Virus record (IMG/VR): IMGVR_UViG_3300032050_000048
Span: 72,476 to 94,887 of that record
DNA: 22,412 nt
Source of the DNA: a virus
Lineage: Duplodnaviria > Heunggongvirae > Uroviricota > Caudoviricetes
Direction: 5' to 3' (one strand)
The translations under genes were made by a program, and so were the position numbers. The notes under the pieces were generated by a model that was not told the DNA's origin, ran no database searches, and saw nothing but the letters and a program-made list of their open reading frames with translations. Each line of letters starts with the position of its first letter. Position 1 is the first letter of the stretch. Shown here piece by piece: positions 1 to 9,218 of this stretch.

Positions 1-2
1 GA

Positions 3-665
3 ACGTATGATAATTTTAGAGATGCTTTAAATGGTAATGTTGGTAATAATATAATTGGTAGAGAACTTATTATGTATGATACAGTTAGTAATGAATATCA
101 TAAAGTTGTATTTACCAAATGGACTCAAGGAGGAAATGGCGGTGGATTTAAATATACTAGAGAATTGGTCTTCCCAACATCTGGACCTACAATCACATTT
201 GAAAGACCAGATTATAGTCCATCAACAATTGATGTTATAGTTCCTGGAGTACTTGAAATTAAAAGAGACGACAATGGTGGTGGTATATATAATGTTGCTG
301 TTGAGGGATCATTTAATAGTTCAGTTTCACCAACAAACACAACTTGGAACTCTATGTTCACGTCCCCAACACCCGGAAACAACTTTAGTAATAATGTAAT
401 TGGGTATGGGTTTTATAACAATGAAATTATAGGTAATAATTTTTATTATAATAACATTAGTAACGCCTTCCAAAGTGCGACAAATATAGGGTCAAACTTC
501 CAAAAAAATATTATAAACTGTATTGTTAGCGGTTATGATTTTACATCAGCAACTTTTGTGTATGACAACTACAATTGTAATGTATTTGAAAACTCAAGTA
601 ATTCTATTAGATTAAGCTATTATGATGGTAGTGACGTATTAAACATAACAAATATTAACTCTTAA
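3..665 (+). CDS. 5'-truncated Asn/Gly-rich beta-helix repeat protein, probable tail fibre or virion appendage
   Basis: The frame is open from base 3 (TYDNFRDALNGNVGNNIIGRELIM...), so the gene starts before the window. It has about 11-aa periodic repeats (NNFSNNVIG, NNEIIGNNF, NNISNAFQ, TNIGSNFQKNII) typical of parallel beta-helices. Confidence 0.6.
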   Translation, partial: TYDNFRDALNGNVGNNIIGRELIMYDTVSNEYHKVVFTKWTQGGNGGGFKYTRELVFPTSGPTITFERPDYSPSTIDVIVPGVLEIKRDDNGGGIYNVAVEGSFNSSVSPTNTTWNSMFTSPTPGNNFSNNVIGYGFYNNEIIGNNFYYNNISNAFQSATNIGSNFQKNIINCIVSGYDFTSATFVYDNYNCNVFENSSNSIRLSYYDGSDVLNITNINS

Positions 666-675
666 AAAAAAGAAT

Positions 676-1092
676 ATGGCAAGTAGTGAATTTTATATAT
701 TAGAAAGTTGTAAAAATCCAGGACAACGAATAATCGCACAATATGATAACAGGCGTGTTGAGGTGTTTCAAAATGAAAAACAATTAGGTGATATTGTAGC
801 ACTAGAGTCAAAGGATAACTTTTTGGCTAATGCTGAAAAAGGTGAAATAAAACCAGTCACAATATTTGTTTATAACTCATCAAATGATACGATTGCCGGT
901 TGTTTTACTGTGGTTGATCAAACTCAAACTGAGGGGTATGACTATTATATTAACCCCGGACTAGGTGGAGAATTTAAAAATTGTGGTGATTGTCAATACC
1001 AATTAGGTGTTGAGAATATCTCAAGTGTTGATACAATAAAAAAAGCTGAAGGATCAAAAATAATTTTAGCACAAATAATAGACAAAATATAA
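676..1092 (+). CDS. Hypothetical protein with a four-Cys module (Y-x4-C ... GCFT ... NCxxC), probably virion-associated
   Basis: 138-aa ORF packed between two fibre-like genes. Its Cys pattern resembles that of the 20721..21314 protein. Confidence 0.6.
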   Translation: MASSEFYILESCKNPGQRIIAQYDNRRVEVFQNEKQLGDIVALESKDNFLANAEKGEIKPVTIFVYNSSNDTIAGCFTVVDQTQTEGYDYYINPGLGGEFKNCGDCQYQLGVENISSVDTIKKAEGSKIILAQIIDKI

Positions 1093-1098
1093 CATAAA

Positions 1099-3003
1099 AT
1101 GAGCGTAAAATATATAATAGATAATTTAGACAATACACTAACAGAACAGATAATTAATGGTGCTGTAAGTGCTACAACATTTTCTGCTGTTACATATTAT
1201 GGTGATGGTAGTAATTTAACAGGTGTTGTATCTTCATTTACTGGGAACACATCAGGAAGTCCAATTAACGAACTACACGTTTGTAATGTTGTTGGTTGTT
1301 CACCAATAACTTTTTTTGATAGCATACAATCAAATGGGTCTATAGCTGATGATTTTTTATCAATGGCTTTTGGTTATAACGTTGTAGCTAGTGGGAGTTA
1401 TTCTCACGCCGAAGGTTATCAAACAACGTCAAAAGGTCTCACTTCCCATGCTGAAGGTATTGATACAACATCTAACGGTGAGTATTCTCACGCAGAAGGG
1501 TATCAAACAAGAACATATGGTGGTTCTTCACACACTGAAGGGGCTTATGGTGTTACAGGTTTACCTGCTTGGACGACTAATGGTACGTTTAATGGCCTAA
1601 TTCAATTACCTAGCGGTTTCGGTGATTTATCTAGCAATTTCCCATCCGGAACTATAGTTGTTTTATATGGTCAGTTCTACACTGTAAGTGCCTCAACATT
1701 CACCACTTTAACAAACATACAATTAACTGATACAACATTAAATGCAGGCGGAGGGCTACCACTTTCAATTTATGACCCAACCTCATTAGCAACAACGTAC
1801 CCATATCAAGGGGTAAACCAAAATACATCCCAATCCCTAGGTTTTGGGGCTCACGTTGAAGGTGGTTACTTTTTTAATAATGTTGCGTTAGGTGTTGGAT
1901 CACACGCAGAAGGTGATGACAACTTAAGTTTAGGTTACGTTTCTCACGTTGAGGGTGTTGGTAATATAACAATTGGTTACTCGTCACACGCTGAAGGCTA
2001 TAACAATAGAGTTGGGTTACCTGGTTGGGAAACAGACGGTACAAGTAGTAGTGTTGTTGGTTTACCAGCTTCTTTTGGGGATTTAACGGCTTATTTCCCT
2101 AGTGGAACTACAGTTATTTTAGATGGGTCAATACACACCGTAACTACAGCAACGTTTACAACAAAAACAAATGTCACATTAGCAACACCGGGGTTATTTG
2201 TTAGTGCCGGAGTTCCACTTTCTATTTATAACCCTGGAGCCTTTATGTGGGGAAAAAGTCTACCATACCAAACTTTATTTCAGGGGGGCACCTATTCACA
2301 CGCTGAAGGTAACACAACATTAAGTTTAAGTATTGGGTCACACGCTGAAGGTAATGGGACAATTGCATACGAAGGGTATCAACACGTTTCTGGTACGTGG
2401 AATGACACAACAAACCCAAATCAATTATTTATTATAGGTAAAGGCACATCAAATTCCGCAAGGTCAAACGCATTTAGAGTTGACACAAGTGGTAATGTTT
2501 ATGGCGCTGGTGCCAGTTATAATACTGGTGCCGATTACGCTGAATATTTTGAATCCGTAACAGGTGAAGCACTTCCTTTTGGCACCGTTGTAGAATTAGA
2601 CGGGGATAAAATAAAAGTTTGTCAAGACGCTAATAACGCAATTGGTGTCATATCATCAACACCTACACTTGTTGGTAACAATGAAGATGGTACAGCAGAT
2701 GAATGGGTTGGTAAATATGAAAAAGATATCTGGGGTAAAATAGTAATGGAGGATTATTCTTATGACGTTGTTGATAATGTTGTGAGTGGAGTTACAACTC
2801 ATAAAACAATTACGGGGAAAAGACCAAAGATAACACCAAATTTTGACCCAACTATTACTTACACACCTAGAGCCAAAAGACCTGAATGGAATGTTGTTGG
2901 TTTACTTGGTCAAATAAGAGTTCTAAAAAACCAACAAATCCCTAGTAGATGGATTAAAATGAAAGATATTAATGATGAAATATCATTATACTTTGTTAGG
3001 TGA
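1099..3003 (+). CDS. Tail fibre/adhesin with YadA-head-like SHAEG repeats and a C-terminal peptidase G2-like intramolecular chaperone (autocleavage) domain
   Basis: N-terminal SATT..YYGDGSNLTG fibre motif; ten xH(A/T/V)EG repeats at mostly 14-aa spacing; C-terminal GADYAEYFE...GTVVELDG...IGVIS...YTPRAKRPEWNVVGLLGQIRV matches the peptidase G2 pattern. Confidence 0.8.
   Translation: MSVKYIIDNLDNTLTEQIINGAVSATTFSAVTYYGDGSNLTGVVSSFTGNTSGSPINELHVCNVVGCSPITFFDSIQSNGSIADDFLSMAFGYNVVASGSYSHAEGYQTTSKGLTSHAEGIDTTSNGEYSHAEGYQTRTYGGSSHTEGAYGVTGLPAWTTNGTFNGLIQLPSGFGDLSSNFPSGTIVVLYGQFYTVSASTFTTLTNIQLTDTTLNAGGGLPLSIYDPTSLATTYPYQGVNQNTSQSLGFGAHVEGGYFFNNVALGVGSHAEGDDNLSLGYVSHVEGVGNITIGYSSHAEGYNNRVGLPGWETDGTSSSVVGLPASFGDLTAYFPSGTTVILDGSIHTVTTATFTTKTNVTLATPGLFVSAGVPLSIYNPGAFMWGKSLPYQTLFQGGTYSHAEGNTTLSLSIGSHAEGNGTIAYEGYQHVSGTWNDTTNPNQLFIIGKGTSNSARSNAFRVDTSGNVYGAGASYNTGADYAEYFESVTGEALPFGTVVELDGDKIKVCQDANNAIGVISSTPTLVGNNEDGTADEWVGKYEKDIWGKIVMEDYSYDVVDNVVSGVTTHKTITGKRPKITPNFDPTITYTPRAKRPEWNVVGLLGQIRVLKNQQIPSRWIKMKDINDEISLYFVR
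1558..2235 (+). repeat. Two copies of a 74-aa (222-nt) domain inside the fibre gene, at 1558..1779 and 2014..2235
   Basis: GLPAWTTNGT...FGDLSSNFPSGT...PLSIYDP versus GLPGWETDGT...FGDLTAYFPSGT...PLSIYNP align without gaps; 38/74 identical by hand count. Confidence 0.9.
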
Positions 3004-3027
3004 TATTATAAATTTTAAAAATAACAT

Positions 3028-3059
3028 AAACCCCTTTGTTTAAAATAACAAGGGGGTTT
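3028..3059. terminator. Probable intrinsic terminator hairpin between the fibre gene and terL, possibly bidirectional
   Basis: AAACCCCTTTGTT-TAAAAT-AACAAGGGGGTTT forms a 13-bp stem with one G-U pair; the U-tail is short. Confidence 0.65.
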
Positions 3060-3061
3060 GA

Positions 3062-3068
3062 TATTTAT
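3062..3068 (+). promoter_or_regulatory. TATTTAT motif, candidate phage late promoter, upstream of terL
   Basis: 14 nt upstream of ATG 3083 and right after a terminator hairpin; the same 7-mer precedes seven other starts. Confidence 0.5.
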
Positions 3069-3082
3069 ATAAAAATACTTTT

Positions 3083-4858
3083 ATGAGTTTGACAAAGGAA
3101 CAAATAATGCTTGAGTATGTGAAGTGTATGAGAGACACACCATATGCTTTAAGAACTTATTTACAAACATATGATAATACAGTCTCAAAGTATGTTCCAT
3201 TAGAGTTATTTCCAGATCAAGTATCTCTACTAAAAGATTATGAAGATTATGAGGAAAATATAGCCCTCAAGTATCGCCAGGCTGGTGTATCAACGGTAAC
3301 CGCCGCTTGGGTATCAAAAAGACTTGTGTTTGCTAAAAAAGAAAAACCAGAAAAAATTCTAATTATTGCAAACAAACTTGATACGTCAATGGAAATGGCA
3401 AACAAGATTAGAGCCTTTGTTGACCAATGGCCAAAGTGGGTTGGTACCGGATTTTCAGCCGACAAAAATTCACAAAGACATTATAAGTTAACAAATGGTT
3501 GTGAAGTTAAAGCTGTTGCAACATCACGAGATGCACTAAGGGGTTACACACCAACAATACTTGTTTTTGATGAAGCAGCCTTCATTGAAGCTGACAATGA
3601 TTTCTGGGCAGCTTGTATGGCGTCACTTTCTACCGGTGGTAAAGTAATTGTTGTATCAACACCAAATGGATATGACCCAATTTATTATGAAATCTACGAT
3701 CAATCAACAAAAGGTATAAATAACTTTAAAATCTCTGAAATGTTTTGGTGGAAAGACCCAAGATATTCCAAAGACTTATATCTTGTCCCAACAGATGATA
3801 TGGTTGATTATTTATTACACAAAGAAGAAAGAGACCATTCTGGAAATATTTCATTTGGGGATTCTGACCCATACGAAAGAGATTATGACCACATAAAAGA
3901 ATATTTCCTTAAAGGATATAAACCATGCTCATCCTGGTATGAGAAAATGGTTAAAAAATTAAAATACGATAAAAGAAAAATTAACCAAGAGTTAAATTGT
4001 GAATTCTTAGGATCTGGAGATAACGTATTTGACGCAAAACAACTAGAATATCTAAAATCAAATACAATCTATGATGCACCAAATAAAATGATGGGAAATT
4101 CTCTTTGGATGTGGAAAGAACCAGAACAAGGACATAAATACATTATGGGTGTTGATGTATCAAGAGGTGATAGTGAAGACTTTTCATCAATTCAAATTAT
4201 TGACTTTGATGAAAGAGAACAAGTTCTTGAATATGTTGGGAAAATACCACCGGATGCACTTGCTGAAATAGCATACAAATGGGGATTAATGTACAATGCT
4301 TTTTGTGTTGTGGATATTACCGGAGGTATGGGAATTACAACAGTTAGAAAAATGCAAGAACTTGGTTATAAAAACTTATATATTGATGGGGTTGATACGA
4401 CAAATATCTGGTCGTATAACGCAAAAGCCTTGGATAAAATCCCCGGGATTAATTTTAACAATAAACGGGTTCAGATTATTGCAGCGTTTGAGGAGTATGT
4501 AAGACACAAGTTTAAAATTAGAAGTTCTCGTTTGTACAATGAGATGAACACATTTATTTATGTAAATGGTAGACCAGATCACCAGAAAGGACAACACGAT
4601 GATTTAATTATGGGGATATCAATGGCAATTTATGTTGGGGAATCGTCATTCCAAAAACTTGAAAAGGTTGTTGAAAAAACAAAAATGATGATTGAATCTT
4701 GGACTGTGTCAAATAATGATTCAGTTAGTAGACAACTTCATTTTGACCCGGTACTTCCAAATATGAATACAATGAATGATAGATATAGAAATAATAGTGG
4801 GCCAAGTAGAGAGGAGTATATGAAATACGGCTGGTTATTTGGTGGAATGACAAGATAA
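3083..4858 (+). CDS. terL: Terminase large subunit (T4 gp17-like)
   Basis: Walker A variant LKYRQAGVST, Walker B ILVFDEAAF, coupling motif VSTPNG, RNase H-like nuclease motif YIMGVDVSRG and C-terminal HDDLIMG. Confidence 0.97.
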   Translation: MSLTKEQIMLEYVKCMRDTPYALRTYLQTYDNTVSKYVPLELFPDQVSLLKDYEDYEENIALKYRQAGVSTVTAAWVSKRLVFAKKEKPEKILIIANKLDTSMEMANKIRAFVDQWPKWVGTGFSADKNSQRHYKLTNGCEVKAVATSRDALRGYTPTILVFDEAAFIEADNDFWAACMASLSTGGKVIVVSTPNGYDPIYYEIYDQSTKGINNFKISEMFWWKDPRYSKDLYLVPTDDMVDYLLHKEERDHSGNISFGDSDPYERDYDHIKEYFLKGYKPCSSWYEKMVKKLKYDKRKINQELNCEFLGSGDNVFDAKQLEYLKSNTIYDAPNKMMGNSLWMWKEPEQGHKYIMGVDVSRGDSEDFSSIQIIDFDEREQVLEYVGKIPPDALAEIAYKWGLMYNAFCVVDITGGMGITTVRKMQELGYKNLYIDGVDTTNIWSYNAKALDKIPGINFNNKRVQIIAAFEEYVRHKFKIRSSRLYNEMNTFIYVNGRPDHQKGQHDDLIMGISMAIYVGESSFQKLEKVVEKTKMMIESWTVSNNDSVSRQLHFDPVLPNMNTMNDRYRNNSGPSREEYMKYGWLFGGMTR

Positions 4859-4862
4859 AAAA

Positions 4863-5117
4863 ATGGGATTAGAAAGTAGAAAAACATCTGGCAGATTAAT
4901 TGGTGGATCAACACTTACTGTGACTGGTCAACCTATTTATTCGGTTAAAAAATTTCCAAATACTTTTCAGTATAAGTATAGACCATTACCAGAAGGTGGT
5001 CCCGGAACACCGGTAACAACAACTACAACCACTCAAGAAATAACAACTTGTTATATTCTAACACAAGATTACGATTATATAACAACACAAGATAATTATG
5101 TCTTGGTTTGGTGTTAA
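4863..5117 (+). CDS. Small hypothetical protein with a Pro/Thr linker and a LTQDxDY-type C-terminal motif
   Basis: 84-aa ORF fills the terL-portal gap, with ATG 4 nt after the terL stop; contains PVTTTTTT then CYILTQDYDYITTQDNYVLVWC. Confidence 0.65.
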   Translation: MGLESRKTSGRLIGGSTLTVTGQPIYSVKKFPNTFQYKYRPLPEGGPGTPVTTTTTTQEITTCYILTQDYDYITTQDNYVLVWC

Positions 5118-5155
5118 AATATTTAATATTATAAAAAAATATTTAAATTTTAAAT

Positions 5156-6949
5156 ATGGAAAATAAAAATAATGAACTAACTGTTTGGCAACGACTGACC
5201 CAGGCCTTTGGTCCCAACTCTTTATTGGGTCAAGATGTCCCAACGTATAAGTTTGATAAGAAAGAACTTTTAAGAACTAAAGATAGAAATGAATACGAAA
5301 AAGAGTTACTACAATCTCAACAAACTTTATATTTAGCAAATCAATGGCAAAAGATTGAAAGTAATTTATATACTCAAGCAATATATTATGAACCAACAAG
5401 ACTTGCAGCATTTTATGATTATGAATCAATGGAGTTTACTCCGGAGATATCAACAGCACTTGACATTTATGCTGAAGAGTCAACAACACCAGATGAAAAC
5501 GGACATATACTTCAAATATATTCAGAATCAAAAAGAATAAAAGGAATTTTAGCCGATTTATTTAATAATACATTAGATATCAACACAAACTTACAGATGT
5601 GGATTAGAAACACTTGTAAGTATGGTGATAATTTTGTTTACTTAAAATTAGATCCAGAAAAAGGAATCATTGGTTGTGTTCAGTTACCGAATATTGAAAT
5701 TGAAAGGTTAGAAAAGGGTATGTCCCCAAAAAGACCTAACACTGAAGTAAAACCAGACGAGAAGGGTGTTAGGTTTAATTGGAAAGAAAAAAATATGGAA
5801 TTTAACACTTGGGAGGTAGCACACTTTAGACTTCTAGGTGACGATAGAAAATTACCATATGGAACTTCTATGCTTGAAAAGGCAAGAAGAATTTGGAAAC
5901 AATTAGTACTTGCTGAAGATGCGATGTTAATTTATCGTACATCAAGAGCCCCGGAAAGAAGGGTATTCAAAGTATTCGTTGGAAATATGGACGATAAAGA
6001 TGTTGAACCATACGTACAACGTGTTGCCAATAAATTTAAAAGGGATCAAATTGTAGATAATAAAACAGGTAATGTTGATTTACGATTTAATCAAATGGCG
6101 GTGGATCAAGATTATTTTATTCCGGTTCGTGATGCAACACAAACAATGCCAATTGAGACATTAGCAGGTGCTCAGAACCTTTCTGAAATTGCGGATATTG
6201 AGTACATCCAAAAGAAACTTGTAACCGCTATTCGTGTACCAAAAGCTTACCTTGGTTTTGAAGAACCAGTTGGTGATGGTAAAAATTTATCTCTACTTGA
6301 TATTCGTTTTGCAAGAACAATTAATAAAATTCAGAAAAATATGCTATCTGAATTAAACAAAATTGCAATTATTCATTTATTTCTTTTAGGATTTGAGGAC
6401 GAACTTACAAACTTTACATTAGGTCTTACAAACCCGTCAAAACAAGCTGATCTTCTTATGGTTGAGGTTTGGAAAGAAAAAGTATTACTTTATAAAGATT
6501 TGGTTACAGATATCCAAGGAACAATCGCACCAACATCGGCGACTTGGGCTAAGAAACATATATTTGGTTGGTCAGACGAGGATATCAAATTAGATATCCA
6601 AAGACAAAGAATGGAGAAAGCGGTTGCGGCAGAACTTGTAAACACACCAACAATTATTACACATACCGGATTATTTGATAACATTGACAATTTGTATAAA
6701 ACTGTAAGTGGGGTAACCGACTCAACAGCCGCAGCACCGGCCGAAGGTGGCGGAATGGATATGGGTGGTGACTTAGGAGGTCCTCCACCACCACCAGGAC
6801 CACCTCCGGGAGGACCAGAAGGTGGTCTACCAGAAAGTAAGGCAAAGATGGAAAATCTATTATTAGAAAATATTGATAATGAAATATTAATTGGTAATAA
6901 CTCTCTAGGTGAAATAGAAAAAGAACTTATGAAGATTTTAGATAAGTAA
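5156..6949 (+). CDS. Portal protein (T4 gp20-like)
   Basis: Motifs YESMEFTPEISTALDIYAEE, PYGTSMLEKARRIWKQL, EDAMLIYRTSRAPERRVFKVFVGN, EDYF-like QDYFIPVR and LAGAQNLSEIADIEY; located downstream of terL; Gly/Pro-rich disordered tail. Confidence 0.97.
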   Translation: MENKNNELTVWQRLTQAFGPNSLLGQDVPTYKFDKKELLRTKDRNEYEKELLQSQQTLYLANQWQKIESNLYTQAIYYEPTRLAAFYDYESMEFTPEISTALDIYAEESTTPDENGHILQIYSESKRIKGILADLFNNTLDINTNLQMWIRNTCKYGDNFVYLKLDPEKGIIGCVQLPNIEIERLEKGMSPKRPNTEVKPDEKGVRFNWKEKNMEFNTWEVAHFRLLGDDRKLPYGTSMLEKARRIWKQLVLAEDAMLIYRTSRAPERRVFKVFVGNMDDKDVEPYVQRVANKFKRDQIVDNKTGNVDLRFNQMAVDQDYFIPVRDATQTMPIETLAGAQNLSEIADIEYIQKKLVTAIRVPKAYLGFEEPVGDGKNLSLLDIRFARTINKIQKNMLSELNKIAIIHLFLLGFEDELTNFTLGLTNPSKQADLLMVEVWKEKVLLYKDLVTDIQGTIAPTSATWAKKHIFGWSDEDIKLDIQRQRMEKAVAAELVNTPTIITHTGLFDNIDNLYKTVSGVTDSTAAAPAEGGGMDMGGDLGGPPPPPGPPPGGPEGGLPESKAKMENLLLENIDNEILIGNNSLGEIEKELMKILDK

Positions 6950-6951
6950 TA

Positions 6952-6958
6952 TATTTAT
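6952..6958 (+). promoter_or_regulatory. TATTTAT motif, candidate late promoter
   Basis: 15 nt upstream of ATG 6974. Confidence 0.5.
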
Positions 6959-6973
6959 TAAAAAACAATTAAA

Positions 6974-7693
6974 ATGAAATTTGGACTTATAAAAAGTAAA
7001 ATAGAGAAATGTCTAACAGATTCATACCTTAAGGAATCATTTAAAAAAGACATTTTTATTTTTAGTGAACTTGTATTAAAAAACAAGACATTAAAAGAAA
7101 TGTATTATATGTACGACGAACTATCTTCAAGTAAGGGTTATAGTGATGATTTTGCAAATGAATTCCTTAACGAATCAATAACCACTTTAAAGGAAAGTAT
7201 TAAAAATTTAAGTTCAAACTCTATTAATGAATTAGATTTATGGTTATCTGAAATAGAGACTAAAAACATATATGAAAATATTGACAATCTAGTCTACACA
7301 AAAAACTTAAATCTTGAATCAAGAATTAAAAGTAAAAAGTTTATTTTAGAATCTTTATCAAAATCAAAAAAAGAAGAATACACTGATATGGTAAAATTAC
7401 CAGTAAGTAAAATTGTTGATGTTGCTAATAAGACAATTTCAGATTATTTATCTAGTATTAACGAATCTGAAAGAGAAGAAGTTAAAAAAATCTTGTCAGA
7501 AGACAATGATAAATTATTGGTTAAATATGAAGTATTAAAAGAGAGTACTCTTGATAAATTAAATGATTTAAAATCAACAAACGATGATACTGAAGTAACA
7601 TCAAGAATTAATCAGACAATTAATAAATTAAATAACGAAACCTACAATAGAGTAAATTATTACAAATTAAAAGATTTATTTACAAATCTTTAG
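6974..7693 (+). CDS. Helical, charged hypothetical protein, possible prohead core component
   Basis: 239-aa Lys/Glu-rich ORF between portal and protease, where T4 has core genes 67/68; contains several (L/I)xE sites (YLKES, TLKES, VLKES). Function is inferred from position only. Confidence 0.5.
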   Translation: MKFGLIKSKIEKCLTDSYLKESFKKDIFIFSELVLKNKTLKEMYYMYDELSSSKGYSDDFANEFLNESITTLKESIKNLSSNSINELDLWLSEIETKNIYENIDNLVYTKNLNLESRIKSKKFILESLSKSKKEEYTDMVKLPVSKIVDVANKTISDYLSSINESEREEVKKILSEDNDKLLVKYEVLKESTLDKLNDLKSTNDDTEVTSRINQTINKLNNETYNRVNYYKLKDLFTNL

Positions 7694-7874
7694 GAGTAAT
7701 TTTTAGTTTCTGAATATAGATTGCTTTTTTAACCTGGCTACGTTTTACAACAGATTTTTTCTTAAATTCCCGTCTATCATTTAGGTGGGAATTTTGTCTT
7801 GTTTTAATCACCTTACTTTTAAGTTCTTTTAACGCCCTTTCTATATCACCTCTTTTAACTTCTACTTTTAACAT
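7680..7874 (-). CDS. rpsU: Phage-encoded 30S ribosomal protein bS21, Bacteroidota type
   Basis: MLKVEVKRGDIERALKELKSKV...RREFKKKSVVKRSQVKKAIYIQ fits the bS21 pattern (IERALKxxK, xxFxKxSxxxR) with the Bacteroidota C-terminal KAxYIQ. It lies antisense within the head module and overlaps the upstream gene's 3' end by 14 nt. Confidence 0.92.
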   Translation of the reverse strand: MLKVEVKRGDIERALKELKSKVIKTRQNSHLNDRREFKKKSVVKRSQVKKAIYIQKLKITPKDL

Positions 7875-7901
7875 ATTTTGATATTATATTGATATATATC
7901 C

Positions 7902-7909
7902 CAAAAATA
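7902..7909 (-). promoter_or_regulatory. Possible Bacteroidota housekeeping-sigma -7 element (TAnnTTTG) upstream of bS21
   Basis: The minus strand reads TATTTTTG 27 nt before the bS21 ATG; there is no clean -33 TTTG, and a chance match is plausible in AT-rich DNA. Confidence 0.3.
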
Positions 7910-7953
7910 CATAAACTTCTAAAAAATAAACTAAATAATTATGAAAAAGTTTT

Positions 7954-8424
7954 ATGAAAAAAGGAAAAACTTCCAAAATAAATGGGTTTAGAACTTGTAA
8001 AGTCAGTTATGGTACTGTAGACTCAAAAGAATTCAAATCCCTTTATTTAAATTTACAAACCTGGGTAGAACCAAAAAAAGAAAGTCTAAACTGGGAAAGA
8101 GTTGTCCTTAATATGACAAGAGATATAAAACATTCTGTGTTTAATAATATTGATAAAAATTTATTTGATGAAAAATTTATAGTTGATTTAGACCTAAGAA
8201 CAAGTGGTATACAATTAAAGAAAAAATCATTTATGAATCTTGAGATAAATCTATACAACCTAGAAAATCCTATTGACTTTAAATCACCAATTCTTAAAAA
8301 AACACTTAAAAAATTATCCAAAGATATATACTCAGAGGTTTTCACACATAACAAATTTTTTAAATTCTATTTAACAAAAAAAGGAAATATTAAACCGGAA
8401 AAAATAAAAACTCAGATTGATTAA
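7954..8424 (+). CDS. Hypothetical phage protein in the head module
   Basis: 156-aa basic ORF divergent from bS21 and directly before the prohead protease; no motif recognised. Confidence 0.75.
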   Translation: MKKGKTSKINGFRTCKVSYGTVDSKEFKSLYLNLQTWVEPKKESLNWERVVLNMTRDIKHSVFNNIDKNLFDEKFIVDLDLRTSGIQLKKKSFMNLEINLYNLENPIDFKSPILKKTLKKLSKDIYSEVFTHNKFFKFYLTKKGNIKPEKIKTQID

Positions 8425-8431
8425 TATTTAT
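8425..8431 (+). promoter_or_regulatory. TATTTAT motif, candidate late promoter
   Basis: 14 nt upstream of ATG 8446 (prohead protease). Confidence 0.5.
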
Positions 8432-8445
8432 TATTAAAACTTAAG

Positions 8446-9183
8446 ATGAGTAATTATAAAATTTTATCACCAAGTGAAACTGGAAAGGGTATTCTAATTG
8501 AGTACGATGCCGGATATATCAACCCTAAAGTAACTCAAAATAGTTATATAATGGAAAATAAAAGTTTCCTTGATCACTCAAAACCATTTGAGTTCTACGC
8601 TGTATTACAAAAATACAATACGCCAAATAGAAACGGTAGAGTATATCCTGAAGATATTTTAAAAAGAGAAGCTGAAAATTATAAAAAGATGATTGAAAGA
8701 GGAACTTCTCTTTCTGAATTAAATCACCCAGAATCTTCTCTTATTGATCTTGACCGGGTATCACACATTATAACCGAAGTATGGTGGGAAGGAAATGTTC
8801 TTATGGGTAAATTAAAATTGCTTACAAGTCCAGGATTTCACGAAAGGGGAGTTTGTTCCACAAAAGGTGATTTGGCAGCAAACTACTTAAGACAAGGTGT
8901 TACTTTGGGTATTTCATCTCGTGGAGTTGGTTCACTTAAAAAAGTTGGTGAAACAAATGAGGTACAAAAAGATTTTGAATTAATTTGTTTTGACCTTGTA
9001 TCATCTCCCTCAACTCCTGGTGCATATCTTTTCTTAAATAAAGATGATAGAATGAATTATGAGGAGAATCTTGATGAGGAAAAGAAAATGCAATCAACAA
9101 GAAGTAGTGAAATGGATGATGCTTCAGCAATTGATAAATCAAAAAAATTAATGGATAAATTATCCGCTTTTCTTGATAAATAA
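8446..9183 (+). CDS. Prohead core protease (T4 gp21-like)
   Basis: NRNGRVYP, catalytic His in ELNHP, catalytic Ser region GISSRGVGS, and FDLVSSPSTPGA. Confidence 0.95.
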   Translation: MSNYKILSPSETGKGILIEYDAGYINPKVTQNSYIMENKSFLDHSKPFEFYAVLQKYNTPNRNGRVYPEDILKREAENYKKMIERGTSLSELNHPESSLIDLDRVSHIITEVWWEGNVLMGKLKLLTSPGFHERGVCSTKGDLAANYLRQGVTLGISSRGVGSLKKVGETNEVQKDFELICFDLVSSPSTPGAYLFLNKDDRMNYEENLDEEKKMQSTRSSEMDDASAIDKSKKLMDKLSAFLDK

Positions 9184-9218
9184 AAATAGTTGTTCTATAA
9201 TTAATTAAAATAAAAATT

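Noticed and set aside
3269-3298. TerL Walker A lacks the canonical GKT lysine (KYRQAGVST)
   Set aside because: The KxRQxG(I/V/F)ST form is a known variant in many terminases; it is not evidence of inactivation or novelty.
6727-6840. GC-rich Gly/Pro low-complexity stretch in the portal gene as a foreign insertion
   Set aside because: The GC rise is explained by Gly/Pro/Ala codons; disordered C-terminal tails are common in portals of large T4-like phages.
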